Of a DNA stretch of 64,000 bases, positions 1 to 10,084 are shown in pieces (positions within the stretch are counted from its first letter, which is position 1; each line of letters begins with the position of its first letter). The stretch spans positions 4,380 through 68,379 of the forward strand of contig JASEGB010000001.1 of NCBI GenBank assembly GCA_030018275.1, given 5' to 3'. The position numbers and the translations under genes are program-made. The stretch comes from Actinomycetota bacterium (GTDB lineage: Bacteria; Actinomycetota; Aquicultoria; Subteraquimicrobiales; Subteraquimicrobiaceae). The notes under the pieces were generated by a model. That model saw nothing but the letters and a program-made list of their open reading frames with translations, searched no databases and was not told the origin of the DNA.

Positions 1-18
1 TATTAATTAGAAAAGCTT

Positions 19-672
19 GTGAGCTTTAAGAGGGACCCTGGGAGTGAGGATTTGCCCCTCCCTTGCTCTCGGGGTCCTAAAAATGAACAATTTCTGATAA
101 TCACTAAATACTTATTTGGTCAGGAGGCTTCCATGAGCGAAGGCGAACTTGCTAGCATTGTTAAGGTGTCACATATGACTATCAATAGGTTGATGAAAGA
201 ACTCCGGGCTTTGAATTTAGTCACTATGGAGCGGATAGGAAATGCAAATGTATGGGCAGTAAATAGGGAAAGTTATGCTTATCAGGTACTTTCTGAAATA
301 GTAAAAAAGATTGCTGAGACTCCTCTCGAACATCTAAAGAAGACCATACTTAAAAATATTCCCAAGACGCTAGTAAAGGAAGTTATCCTCTTTGGATCCA
401 TTGCATCGGGAGGAGAGGAGATAAGCAGTGATATCGACTTATTTATTTTAGTGAAATCCAAACAAGATAAAACCAAACTAGAGCCTTTTATCGACAAACT
501 TTCTAACCAATGTCTCATACTTTACGGTAACAGATTAGCGCCGTATATCCTAACCGAACTTGAATTGAAAAAGAAGGAGAATTTACCTCTAATATCGGAG
601 GTCAGAAAGGGCATTCAAATCTATTCATCAAAAGGGGCATCTGTTGGCAAAGCTAAAGACGAGACGCATTGA
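19..672 (+). CDS. wHTH + minimal nucleotidyltransferase (MNT/MntA-like antitoxin)
   Basis: N-terminal HTH (SEGELASIVKVSHMTINR), then LFGSIASG...SDIDLFIL (GS-x10-DxD NTase motif). Confidence 0.8.
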   Translation: MSFKRDPGSEDLPLPCSRGPKNEQFLIITKYLFGQEASMSEGELASIVKVSHMTINRLMKELRALNLVTMERIGNANVWAVNRESYAYQVLSEIVKKIAETPLEHLKKTILKNIPKTLVKEVILFGSIASGGEEISSDIDLFILVKSKQDKTKLEPFIDKLSNQCLILYGNRLAPYILTELELKKKENLPLISEVRKGIQIYSSKGASVGKAKDETH

Positions 673-731
673 GAGAAGTTTATACGTAAACTATCTTAAG
701 AGAGCCGAAGAATGCCTAACCGCCTCAAAAG
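644..731 (+). pseudogene. Truncated HEPN toxin N-terminus
   Basis: TTG at 644 overlaps the MNT 3' end and reads MAKLKTRRIERSLYVNYLKRAEECLTASK, like a HEPN first helix; similarity stops just before the tRNA. Confidence 0.55.
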
Positions 732-755
732 CGCCCTCTTTTAGCTGCGATTCTT

Positions 756-830
756 TGGAGCCGGCGACCCGATTCGAACGGGTGACCTGCTGATTACAAA
801 TCAGCTGCTCTCCCACTGAGCTACGCCGGC
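756..830 (-). tRNA. tRNA-Thr(TGT)
   Basis: GCCGGCGTAGCTCAG...CTGAT-TTGTAA-TCAG...GTTCGAATC...GCCGGCTCCA; CCA encoded. Confidence 0.97.
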
Positions 831-931
831 AATTATTCTAAGTTTAGCATAAAGGCAAATCTTTGACCAAGTAAAGCCTTTTACCAAGTAAAGCGTTACT
901 TGGTAATTCCGCTAACTCCCTAGTTCAATTC

Positions 932-1197
932 TTAACTTACTTTCTTAAGACTCCACTTGCCTCGCTCTTGCTTCTCAAAGCGAGGATTCTTGCGGTAACC
1001 ATCAGAACACAGAACTCCCCAAACCAAATGGTTCAAGGCTTTCCCATCCTTGCTAGGATAATCAGATTTAAGAGCCTCTACAAGCTCTTTTGCTGTGACC
1101 GGATGAGCCGCTTCCTGCATGATTTTCTGAATCTTATCGCCATGCTTTCCCTCTTCTGAAAGCGGGCTTTCTTCTTCTTAGTCTGTTTGGTCGCCAT
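932..1197 (-). pseudogene. Small HARE-HTH-like winged-helix protein, probably frameshifted near 1140
   Basis: ORF 932-1120 ends RFEKQERGKWSL (HARE-HTH-like); an upstream ATG near 1197 (MATKQTKKKKARFQKRESMA) is in a different frame; promoter TTGAAA-17-TAGAAT at 1241-1269. Confidence 0.4.
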
Positions 1198-1289
1198 CTT
1201 TGCACCTATACCAAGATTCTATATGTAGTAGATCATCCACATTCTAACACAATACGTGGTGCCTTTCAAATACCAGTATCAGTTTATTA

Positions 1290-1303
1290 CGAACACATGT
1301 TCG
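1290..1303. promoter_or_regulatory. LexA (SOS/Cheo) box
   Basis: CGAACACATGTTCG = GAAC-N4-GTTC. Confidence 0.7.
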
Positions 1304-1459
1304 TTTCAATGATAAAATTGCTTTATTGGTTGCCAAAAATGAAAGCAAAGAAGCGAGGTCAGAGGAGAAATCCTCTCTTTGCTATTAAAATGGCCTGCTG
1401 CTACTTGACTTATCTTAAGGCAAACCCTAAAACTAGACGGTTGGTCAATTTGGTGCAAC

Positions 1460-1790
1460 CTAGAGCAATTTATCCACGGGCGAGAACTTAGAATGGGCTT
1501 CCTTTAGGTTTCTTCCCACCATGTAAACATAAATCATTGTGCTCTCTAAATTCCGATGACCCAATAAGCTCTGTAGTGAAAATAAGTCTCTGGCCACGAT
1601 TAAGTGGATGTTTCTCTCTTTGAGCCTTTCTCCATCCTTAGTGATGAATAAAGCTTCCTTATTTACCACCTGCAAAAGAGCTTTAACTTGATGGTCTTCA
1701 AGCACATAGGGAAACTGTAAGGGCAGTCTCGGTTTTCTCATGTAATCGATGGGATTTCTTTTGATGATGTTTAAGAGAAAATAATCTTTT
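1460..1790 (-). pseudogene. Tyrosine recombinase/integrase remnant with internal deletions
   Basis: Fragments KPRLP..L, ALFITKDGERL and DLFSLQSLLGHRNLESTMIY (LGH...T..Y catalytic end) in only ~93 aa; the HxxR region is missing. Confidence 0.75.
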
Positions 1791-1894
1791 ATCTTTGTTG
1801 AATCTACCTCTTCTATTGGGGTATCCTTTGAGTCAATGCCTTGACTCGAAGTTTGTTTCAGGAATTCTTGGAAGGAAGAGATAACATAGTAACT

Positions 1895-2548
1895 TTACAT
1901 TATTTTGCGTCTTAAATGTAGTTCTACTTTCCGCTTCACACGCTGTAGGGCATTATCGATGGATTTTACGTGTCTATCGAGTTCCTCAGCGATTTCCTGA
2001 TAGGATTTCCCATCAATATATAATCTCAAGACTTCCGCTTCGAGGCCACTTAATATCTCACCGAAGCTAGAACGGATACTTTTGAGTTCTTCGCCGCTGA
2101 TCACCAATTCCACGGGGTCGGTTACTTCGGAGCCAGAGAGGGTTTCCACCAAAGTTCGATCCGATTCATCCTCGTAATACATGGGCTTATTTAGAGAGAT
2201 GTATGAATTCAATGGGATGTGCTTCTGTCTTGTGGCCGTTTTAATGGCCGTAATCATTTGGCGGGTGATACAAAGTTCAGCGAAGGCTCTAAAGGAGGAC
2301 TGCTTATCGGGACGGAAATCTCTTATGGCTTTGTATAATCCAATCATGCCTTCTTGAATTAAATCTTCTTTGTCTGCGCCTATGAGGAAATAGGACCTTG
2401 CCTTTATCCGAACGAAGTTTTTGTATTTATCGAGTAGAAATTCGAGTGCCGAATCATTTCCCTCTCTAGCAGATATAACGAGTTCATAATCATCTAAGCC
2501 CTGAAAAACCGAAGAATCACGCTTATGATGTCCCGGATGGGCTTGCAA
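1895..2548 (-). CDS. sigH: RNA polymerase sigma factor SigH (Spo0H type)
   Basis: YFLIGADKEDLIQEGMIGLYKAIRDF, AIKTATRQKHIPLNSY, KSIDNALQRVKRK. Confidence 0.95.
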   Translation of the reverse strand: MQAHPGHHKRDSSVFQGLDDYELVISAREGNDSALEFLLDKYKNFVRIKARSYFLIGADKEDLIQEGMIGLYKAIRDFRPDKQSSFRAFAELCITRQMITAIKTATRQKHIPLNSYISLNKPMYYEDESDRTLVETLSGSEVTDPVELVISGEELKSIRSSFGEILSGLEAEVLRLYIDGKSYQEIAEELDRHVKSIDNALQRVKRKVELHLRRKIM

Positions 2549-2629
2549 TTACATCGCCTCCAAGGAAGGTTAATCCAAACAGATGTGGGACCCCCTTTCC
2601 ATGAATTTGCAAAAAAGAAATCTAAACCG

Positions 2630-2658
2630 ATTATATATTAGGTGCTTAACAGCGTCAA
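2630..2658 (-). promoter_or_regulatory. Housekeeping-sigma promoter of sigH
   Basis: TTGACG-17bp-TATAAT on the minus strand. Confidence 0.65.
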
Positions 2659-2762
2659 GGAAACCTGGTCTTCCGCTAACTAGCCACTCTCAAATAGATT
2701 CCTGGAGAGTTGACGCGTCTACTAGTCTACTAATTTATATACCCAATTGCTTCACAAAGATG

Positions 2763-2899
2763 TCATTTATGGCTCATTCTTTGTCTTCTGGCCTCGTACA
2801 TCAAAAGAGCCCCGGCTACGGCGACATTGAGGGAGGAAATTTTCCCATACATTGGAATACTCACAAAACGGGATTTCTTCCCTCAACGACTTCGCTCAT
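2763..2899 (-). pseudogene. rlmB: 23S rRNA Gm2251 methyltransferase remnant (large internal deletion)
   Basis: [11 protein letters not shown] joined out of frame to VSIPMYGKISSLNVAVAGALLMYEARRQR (SpoU C-terminal motif), at the usual cysS-sigH position. Confidence 0.8.
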
Positions 2900-4499
2900 A
2901 TATATCGATCACTCTCTGAAAGCTGAACTTCCATTTATATCCCTTGGGCGTGTCCACGTCGCGTACCTCTATGCCCATTCCATTTAACCTCTCTCGAATG
3001 TTATCCGCGGTCTTCCAATCCTTTCTCTCTCGAGCTCGCTTTCGCACATCCAAAATTGTGTTGAGGATTTTGGTGAAATCCTCCTTCAATCCTGCCCTGG
3101 TTTCTTTCGTATCGGGCCCTTGGGATAGTTCGAAGTAGAGATCAAGGAGGTCGTTTAGCATCATCTCCGGGAGCAACTTAAGCAACTCTTGAATCCTGGG
3201 AAGTTTAATATTCGATTCCTGGACGATGGATAAACCAAATTCCAATCCCAATACCTCTCCGAGCTCGATGAAGATTTTTCTGATTTCGATCAGCAAATCC
3301 CTTGCTTCGACGCTGGGATTGGCTTTGAAATTCTGCAGCAAGATATGGGCGTCTTTTGCCAGTTCGAATAAGATAGCCAACGCCGCGGCGGTGTTAGAAT
3401 CGTCGTCCATTGCCTCCTCGAATTTTGCCCTGGTCTCGGAAACAATTCGAGATACATCTTCGCCGGTCTTTATTTGCGATGTCGATGAGACCGAGCACAT
3501 CTCAAGGGCATCGTCGATATCCCCGAGGAGATTCTCTAACCTCTCAAAGGCCTCGGTGGACTCGGAAAGCCGATCGAAGGTAAAATCGATTGGGCTCCTA
3601 TAATGGTGCTCAAGAAAAAGCAGACGTAGTGCATTGGGATTGTATTTCCTTTCCAAAATTTCCCTTACCAGTATCACATTGCCCAAGGACTTGGCCATCT
3701 TCTCCTTTTCGATGCTTAAAAATCCATTATGCAACCAATGTCTCACAAAGGGTTTTGTACCCGCATAGGCTTCGGATTGAGCGATTTCATTCTCGTGGTG
3801 AGGGAAGATTAAATCCTGACCTCCCGCGTGGATATCGAAGCCCATGCCCAGATATTTGAGGGACATGGCTGAGCACTCGATGTGCCAACCGGGTCTCCCA
3901 TCTCCCCACGGACTGGGCCAGGAAGGTTCACCGGGCTTAGCCTTTTTCCAGAGAGCGAAATCCATGGGATGACGTTTGCGTGGATCGATTTCAACCCGTT
4001 CCCCAGCTCTCATCTCCTCCAGAGTGCGGTGAGAAAGCTTCCCGTAATCTTCAAATTTGGTGACTTCAAAGAAGACATCTCCATCAACGACATAGGCGTA
4101 TCCCTTTTGTATGAGCTTTTCGATCATCTCCAGCATCTCCGGTATATGCTCGGTGGCTTTGGGTTGAACATCTATCGGCTCCACACCCAGACTCTCCATG
4201 TCATCGAGATAAGCCCGTGTATACTTCCTTGATATCTCCTCGGCGGTGGTATTCTCCTCCCGGGCCTTGTTGATGATTTTATCATCAATATCGGTGATAT
4301 TCTGGACGTAAATGACCTCGTATCCCTTATGCCTCAAATACCTTCTTATCACATCGAAGGCTACATAGCAGCGCGCATTTCCGATGTGGATGTAGTTATA
4401 AACCGTGGGTCCGCAGACGTACATCCCAATTTTGCCCTCTTCACGAGGGACAAGCTCTTCCTTTTTACCGGTCAAGGTATTATAAACCCTCAGGCTCAT
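2883..4499 (-). CDS. cysS: Cysteine--tRNA ligase
   Basis: [19 protein letters not shown] and KMAKS motifs. Confidence 0.98.
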   Translation of the reverse strand: MSLRVYNTLTGKKEELVPREEGKIGMYVCGPTVYNYIHIGNARCYVAFDVIRRYLRHKGYEVIYVQNITDIDDKIINKAREENTTAEEISRKYTRAYLDDMESLGVEPIDVQPKATEHIPEMLEMIEKLIQKGYAYVVDGDVFFEVTKFEDYGKLSHRTLEEMRAGERVEIDPRKRHPMDFALWKKAKPGEPSWPSPWGDGRPGWHIECSAMSLKYLGMGFDIHAGGQDLIFPHHENEIAQSEAYAGTKPFVRHWLHNGFLSIEKEKMAKSLGNVILVREILERKYNPNALRLLFLEHHYRSPIDFTFDRLSESTEAFERLENLLGDIDDALEMCSVSSTSQIKTGEDVSRIVSETRAKFEEAMDDDSNTAAALAILFELAKDAHILLQNFKANPSVEARDLLIEIRKIFIELGEVLGLEFGLSIVQESNIKLPRIQELLKLLPEMMLNDLLDLYFELSQGPDTKETRAGLKEDFTKILNTILDVRKRARERKDWKTADNIRERLNGMGIEVRDVDTPKGYKWKFSFQRVIDIYERSR

Positions 4500-5151
4500 C
4501 CTTCCTTGCCTCTTCGATTTTGTGTTCTAGTCTATCCAGACGACGGTGAATGGCATTAAACATCTCCGCCACGGGATCTGGGAGCCTTTCATGGTGTAGA
4601 TCGATGGTGGGAACCTTCTTCCCCTCCCGAACGACTATGCGACCGGGAACGCCTACCACGGTGCAGTTTGGAGGGACTGGATGGATCACCACAGCTCCCG
4701 CTCCCACAATAGAATTATCTCCCACATTTACGGCACCCAGAACGGTTGCACCGGCGGCGATGACCACGTTATCACCTATGGTGGGGTGACGCTTCCCTCT
4801 TTCCTTTCCGGTTCCCCCCAAAGTTACACCTTGATAAAGGGTGACATTATCTCCAATCTCGGTGGTCTCTCCTATGACCACTCCCATGCCATGGTCTATG
4901 AAAAATCCTCGCCCAATCTGCGCCCCGGGGTGAATTTCAATGGCCGTTAAAAAACGACTTATGTGGGAGAGTAGGCGAGCGAGCAATCTTAGTCTCCTCC
5001 TATGTAACCAATGGGCTATGCGGTGAAAACAAATGGCATGAAACCCCGGATAAGCCAGGATAACCTCAAGGGCGCTCGTGGCGGCGGGGTCTCTATCAAG
5101 AGCCGCCTGAACATCCCCTTTTAAAGCATCAAACATCGTACACCCCCGCAC
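4480..5151 (-). CDS. cysE: Serine O-acetyltransferase
   Basis: [25 protein letters not shown] hexapeptide repeats. Confidence 0.96.
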   Translation of the reverse strand: MRGCTMFDALKGDVQAALDRDPAATSALEVILAYPGFHAICFHRIAHWLHRRRLRLLARLLSHISRFLTAIEIHPGAQIGRGFFIDHGMGVVIGETTEIGDNVTLYQGVTLGGTGKERGKRHPTIGDNVVIAAGATVLGAVNVGDNSIVGAGAVVIHPVPPNCTVVGVPGRIVVREGKKVPTIDLHHERLPDPVAEMFNAIHRRLDRLEHKIEEARKDEPEGL

Positions 5152-5697
5152 TTAAATTTGTTCCACCAGGGCCACGGCATAAGCGGCGATTCCTTCCCTG
5201 CGCCCGGTAAAGCCCAAACCTTCGGTGGTGGTGGCTTTGACGTTTACCCGATCCCTCTCTATATCCAAAGTATGAGCGATCTTTCCCTTCATCTCATCGC
5301 GAAAGGGAGCAATTTTTGGCTCCTCGAGGGCCACGACCACATCTAAATTAACCACTTTGTACCTTCGTTCGGTCAAGATTTTTTTGACCTCAGAGAGCAG
5401 AGTGAGGCTGGAGATATCCCTATACCTCTCCTCCGTATCCGGGAAATGTAGTCCCATATCTCCCTCGGAGATGGCTCCCAAGATGGCATCGATGATTGCA
5501 TGGATAACAACATCGGCATCGGAATATCCTTCGAGTCCCAAGGGAAAGGGGATGTGCACCCCTCCCAAAACTAAGGGGCGGTTAGAGGTAAATTTATGAG
5601 CATCAAAGCCAATACCAACCCTCACTTTTGAAGGGGAAAGGGATGAGTCTAGAGTCAAGATCGATTTCTCCCTCCAGACTTCTCCCTTATCCCTCAC
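5152..5697 (-). CDS. ispF: 2-C-methyl-D-erythritol 2,4-cyclodiphosphate synthase (true start probably ~5625)
   Basis: RVGIGFDAH, SDADV, KATTTEGLGFTGR; the first ~24 codons are a heptamer hairpin. Confidence 0.95.
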   Translation of the reverse strand: MRDKGEVWREKSILTLDSSLSPSKVRVGIGFDAHKFTSNRPLVLGGVHIPFPLGLEGYSDADVVIHAIIDAILGAISEGDMGLHFPDTEERYRDISSLTLLSEVKKILTERRYKVVNLDVVVALEEPKIAPFRDEMKGKIAHTLDIERDRVNVKATTTEGLGFTGRREGIAAYAVALVEQI

Positions 5698-5704
5698 CCC
5701 TCAC
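5633..5704. repeat. Heptamer-built hairpin (GGGATGA/GTCTAGA class)
   Basis: GGGATGAGTCTAGAGTCAAGA...CCAGACTTCTCCCTTATCCCTCAC; same family as 36801-36880. Confidence 0.6.
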
Positions 5705-6419
5705 TTTCATTTTGTCTTTTCCTCAGGATAGCTTCGGCTATCAGTAAATCTTCGGGGGTTGTTATTTTAATATTTTCGTAAGAACCCATGATCATTCTAA
5801 TGCGGTACCCCATTCTCTCGAGGAGAATTGCATCATCAGTACCGTAAAAATTATCGGACTTCGCCTGTTTGTGGGCTTCGAATAGCGACTTTAATTTAAA
5901 AACCTGAGGAGTTTGAGCACACCAAAGTTTCGCTCGGGGACGAGTTCGGGCTATCCTTTCATCCTGCACCTCTTTGATGGTATCCGTAGCGGGGACTCCG
6001 ACCACCACACCATCCCAACCCTTTAACGCGGAAATTGCCTTCTCTATGATTTGAGGGGTTACAAGGGGGCGCGCTCCATCATGGATCATCACCGTTGTGG
6101 TTCCTTTAGGCAGGGCTTGAAGACCATTGTACACGGAGTCCTGTCTTTTGGGTCCCCCAGCAACCACCTCTAATACCTTGGAGAGACCGTATTTTTCTAT
6201 GATTTCGTCCCGACAAAATTCTATGTCCTCGGGATTTGCCACCACTATGACCTGATGTATGGGGGTACAATCTTCAAAGACCTGGAGGGTATGGGCTAAA
6301 ATTGGCTTGCCACCCAGGAGAATATATTGTTTACCACCCCCAAGTCCCATCCTCTCCCCCCTCCCCGCAGCGGCGATCACGGCAACATTTATGACCTTAA
6401 GCACTGGTGGCCTCCACAT
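5694..6419 (-). CDS. ispD: 2-C-methyl-D-erythritol 4-phosphate cytidylyltransferase
   Basis: AAGRGERMG, KQY, IHDGARP, QTPQ, NIKITTPEDL. Confidence 0.96.
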   Translation of the reverse strand: MWRPPVLKVINVAVIAAAGRGERMGLGGGKQYILLGGKPILAHTLQVFEDCTPIHQVIVVANPEDIEFCRDEIIEKYGLSKVLEVVAGGPKRQDSVYNGLQALPKGTTTVMIHDGARPLVTPQIIEKAISALKGWDGVVVGVPATDTIKEVQDERIARTRPRAKLWCAQTPQVFKLKSLFEAHKQAKSDNFYGTDDAILLERMGYRIRMIMGSYENIKITTPEDLLIAEAILRKRQNESEG

Positions 6420-7473
6420 CTTTGAGCTTGGTGAAGATCATCCTCCCCGCCGGAGTTTGAAGGACACTCGTCACCAAAACCTCGACATCCTCGCCAACGA
6501 ACTTCTTCCCTCCATCCACTACGACCATGGTTCCATCATCCAGGTACCCAACGCCCTGTCCGGCTTCCTTCCCTTCCCTTAAAATACGCACGCTCATTTC
6601 TTCACCCGGTAAGACCACTGGTTTAAGGGCATTTGCAAGTTCATTGATGTTAAGGACCCTTACCCCTTGTAATTCAGCGACTTTATTTAAATTGTAATCG
6701 TTGGTGAGGATTACACCATCCAATTCCTTGGCAAGACGAACCAACCTGGCATCGACATCTAAAAGTTCTGGGTAGTCCTGCTCCAAAATGTGGATTTCCA
6801 CTCTTGGCTCCCGCTGAAGTGCACCTAAAATATCAAGTCCCCTACGTCCCCGATTTCTCTTGAGGCTATCTTCAGAATCAGCAATCTTCTGTAGCTCCTT
6901 CAATATGAAGCGAGGCACATTTAGCCGCCCCTCAATGAAACCGGTCCCACAAATATCGGCAATCCGTCCATCGATGATGACGCTGGTATCCAAGATCTTT
7001 TCTTCGGGGAAATATGTTGCCTTTGGTATCTTAACCTGGGAAAAGATCCGAAGCGCTCCTCGAAAATCCTCCTTTTTGCGGAGTGAGAGGCGTATCCCCA
7101 AATAGCCCAAGACGACGAAGACCAGAACGGTTAAGAAGATGTGCAATAATTTCAGTTCCGATGGGAGATACTTCAAAGGCCATGAAATTAGGGTTGCCAG
7201 AACCAGCCCAACTATTAAACCTAATGCACCGATTATCAGATCCAAACTGGGAATCTTCTGGACATTGGCTTCAATCCAATTTATCGCTTTAACCAGCCAT
7301 CTGCCAGCGATTCCACCCAAAACATATCCGATCCCAGAACCAATTATTATGTATGATATGATTCCGATGAGCTCGGGGATGGGTACCTTGATCACATTCA
7401 CCAACTGATAACCAGCAATAGCTCCTGTGATGATGAAAAGGATACGAATGATGCGAATGAGCATCGTCAACAA
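6397..7473 (-). CDS. yacL: Membrane PIN/TRAM domain protein (YacL family)
   Basis: TM helices, LDTSVIIDGRI PIN motif, TRAM C-terminus GVGYLDDGTMVVV. Confidence 0.9.
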   Translation of the reverse strand: MLTMLIRIIRILFIITGAIAGYQLVNVIKVPIPELIGIISYIIIGSGIGYVLGGIAGRWLVKAINWIEANVQKIPSLDLIIGALGLIVGLVLATLISWPLKYLPSELKLLHIFLTVLVFVVLGYLGIRLSLRKKEDFRGALRIFSQVKIPKATYFPEEKILDTSVIIDGRIADICGTGFIEGRLNVPRFILKELQKIADSEDSLKRNRGRRGLDILGALQREPRVEIHILEQDYPELLDVDARLVRLAKELDGVILTNDYNLNKVAELQGVRVLNINELANALKPVVLPGEEMSVRILREGKEAGQGVGYLDDGTMVVVDGGKKFVGEDVEVLVTSVLQTPAGRMIFTKLKDVEATSA

Positions 7474-7629
7474 CTCCTATCTTTTGTGAACTTGAATGAG
7501 CGATCAAATTGTCCTCCTTGAAAAACCTTCCAATTTGCCCTCTGTGCAAATCTTAGCACAGGTAGAAGGAGAGGGTCAAAATCTCCAAAACCTTGGTTTC
7601 CTTGACAAGCAAATTACATAAAAATTATA

Positions 7630-8070
7630 ATGTGGATGATTTTTAAGCGCCATAAGGGGGAGAGAAGAATAATGCCACCACAAACTTCCTGTAAGAAATT
7701 TCAACGCACCGTCTCCGAGTATCTGGTAAGACACAAAAGCATTCTTGATGTAATGTCCAAATTCCAAGAAGCCAGTGCTCATGTAAACAGAGCTATGGCC
7801 AAAGCGGTCACCAACTGTGGGTGTTTAAAGATCAAAGCTGAAAAACAACCCGTCCCCCCAAATGTCAACTTCTCCGAAGTTTCAAAATATGTAAAAACAC
7901 ATATAGAAGGGAACTTGTGTCCCAATTGCCGTGAGGTAGTGGAGGCGGAGTTGGGAAACGCCATGTTCTACATCGCAGCTTTTTGTACCCTTCTCGATCT
8001 CGACCTGGAAAAGATCCTCTCAAAGGAAAACGATCGAATCTCAACGTTGGGTGTGTACAGCTTGACTTGA
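7630..8070 (+). CDS. Conserved hypothetical protein, MazG-like helical fold with CGC and CxxC
   Basis: VRHKSILDVMSKFQE...KAVTNCGC...CPNCREVVEAELG; resembles a conserved anaerobe family. Confidence 0.65.
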   Translation: MWMIFKRHKGERRIMPPQTSCKKFQRTVSEYLVRHKSILDVMSKFQEASAHVNRAMAKAVTNCGCLKIKAEKQPVPPNVNFSEVSKYVKTHIEGNLCPNCREVVEAELGNAMFYIAAFCTLLDLDLEKILSKENDRISTLGVYSLT

Positions 8071-8790
8071 TTTCCCAAAAAGCCTCTTTAACCCCAACCT
8101 TATCACCAGAATTAGTGCCTCCAGGATGACCTTCCTTGAAAGTTTGGATTTTCCTTTCTGTCTGTCTACATAGGTTATGGGTATTTCCTCGATTGCAAAC
8201 CTCTTCTCATAACCTCTATTGAGAAGCTCAATTAAAAAAGCGTATCCATCTAAGGTAATCGTATCCAATTCCAGACTTTTCAGAATCTCTCGGCGATATC
8301 CTCTAAAGCCACTGGTGCAGTCCTTGAAAGGAAGTCTTAAGAGAAAGCGAGCGAATCTATTTCCCCACGTACTCAGCAATCTTCGAAAGAATCCCCAATC
8401 GGCTACGATCTTCCCACCATCCACATAGCGAGAGCCAATGACCATGGAGCAATTCTTCATTCTCCGAAGTAGCCTGGGAATATCTTTCGGGTCATGTGAA
8501 AAGTCAGCATCCATGGAAAAAATATATTTGAACTCCCGTTTCAGACCATAATTAAATCCATCCTTGCAGGCGACTCCATATCCCCTTTCCCCTCTCCGGC
8601 GAAGGACTTGCACCTGTGGAAATTTCTCGGACAAGACAAAGGCGATTTCGCCCGTACCATCGGGGGAATCGTCGTCCACAAATAAGATATTGAAATCTTC
8701 ATCAACCGCAATTATCGCCTTAACCAGCTTTTCTATATTTTCGCACTCGTTATAAGTGGGTATTACTATCAGTACCTCGGACAAGACCAT
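8041..8790 (-). CDS. Polyprenol monophosphomannose synthase (GT2)
   Basis: IPTYNE, VDDDSPDGTG, MDADFSH, DCTSGFR. Confidence 0.88.
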   Translation of the reverse strand: MVLSEVLIVIPTYNECENIEKLVKAIIAVDEDFNILFVDDDSPDGTGEIAFVLSEKFPQVQVLRRRGERGYGVACKDGFNYGLKREFKYIFSMDADFSHDPKDIPRLLRRMKNCSMVIGSRYVDGGKIVADWGFFRRLLSTWGNRFARFLLRLPFKDCTSGFRGYRREILKSLELDTITLDGYAFLIELLNRGYEKRFAIEEIPITYVDRQKGKSKLSRKVILEALILVIRLGLKRLFGKSSQAVHTQR

Positions 8791-8791
8791 C

Positions 8792-10078
8792 TTACCTCAG
8801 CTTTTTTAGAGCCTCGCGGTTAGCCTCTATGGTTCTTTGGATGTCTTCATCCGTATGAGCCGTGGAGATGAAGCAGGCTTCGAACTGAGAGGGTGCAAGA
8901 TAGATGCCAGACTTAAGCATCTCTCGGAAATAGCGGGCATATTTTTCAGTATCCGAACTGGCAGCGGTCTCGAAGTTTAAAACCTCTTTATCCGTGAAGA
9001 ACATGCACAAAAGCGATCCAACCCTCGTGAAATGGGCTTTTATCCCCAATTCCCTGGCATTTTCCCGCAAGCCCTCGGAGAGCATGGCTCCCTTCCTCTC
9101 CAAGTCCTGATAAATCTGGCCATCGGAAAGTATTTTGAGCGTCATAAGTCCAGCGGTCATGGCTATGGGATTCCCGGAAAGGGTACCAGCCTGATATACC
9201 GAGCCCACGGGAGCCACACATTCCATGATTTCTCGCCTTCCACCAAAGGCACCCACCGGGAAGCCTCCCCCGATTATCTTGCCCAGACAGGTCAAATCAG
9301 GGATGACACTGTAAAGCTCTTGAGCACCGCCATAGGAAACCCTAAAGCCCGTGATTACCTCGTCAAAAATGAGAATTATCCCATATTCCCGAGTAATTTT
9401 CCTCAAACCCTCCAAGAAACCGGGTTGAGGAAGAACCACGCCCATATTACCGGCTATGGGCTCCACTATTATGCAAGCGATCTCCTCATGCTGCTCCCTG
9501 ACGATCCTCCCAACGCTTTCTAAGTCATTGTAGGATAGAACTATCGTATCCAAAGCCACCTTGGAGGTAACCCCAGGTGTACCTGGGATGGCAAGGGTGG
9601 CGACACCTGAACCAGCTTTTACCAAAAGATGGTCAACATGTCCATGGTAACAGCCTTCGAACTTGATGACCTTTTCTCGCCCCGTGTACCCCCGGGCGAG
9701 TCTTATGGCACTCATGGTCGCTTCGGTTCCCGAATTTACCATTCGAACCCGCTCGATGGAGGGAACGGCTTCTATGATTTGCTTGGCCAGTTCCACCTCG
9801 AGTTCGGTGCACGCACCAAAGCTGGTTCCATTCTCCAAAATATCTTTCACCGCCGAGATTACCTTGGGATGAGCGTGACCAAGGATGAGGGGACCCCAAG
9901 AGCAGACATAATCGATGTACTCATTTCCATCCACATCGTAGATTTTCGATCCTTTGCCCTTGGTTATGAAGAGAGGCTCCATGCCCACAGCCTTAAAGGC
10001 TCTAACGGGACTGTTTACTCCACCCGGAATATATTCTTTAGCTCGGGAAAATAACTCATGTGATTTAGACATGTCCAT
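8792..10078 (-). CDS. hemL: Glutamate-1-semialdehyde 2,1-aminomutase
   Basis: [27 protein letters not shown]. Confidence 0.97.
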   Translation of the reverse strand: MDMSKSHELFSRAKEYIPGGVNSPVRAFKAVGMEPLFITKGKGSKIYDVDGNEYIDYVCSWGPLILGHAHPKVISAVKDILENGTSFGACTELEVELAKQIIEAVPSIERVRMVNSGTEATMSAIRLARGYTGREKVIKFEGCYHGHVDHLLVKAGSGVATLAIPGTPGVTSKVALDTIVLSYNDLESVGRIVREQHEEIACIIVEPIAGNMGVVLPQPGFLEGLRKITREYGIILIFDEVITGFRVSYGGAQELYSVIPDLTCLGKIIGGGFPVGAFGGRREIMECVAPVGSVYQAGTLSGNPIAMTAGLMTLKILSDGQIYQDLERKGAMLSEGLRENARELGIKAHFTRVGSLLCMFFTDKEVLNFETAASSDTEKYARYFREMLKSGIYLAPSQFEACFISTAHTDEDIQRTIEANREALKKLR

Positions 10079-10084
10079 GTTCTT

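Noticed and set aside
2583..2987. 134-aa plus-strand ORF
   Set aside because: Shadow of the rlmB scar, the cysS end and the sigH promoter.
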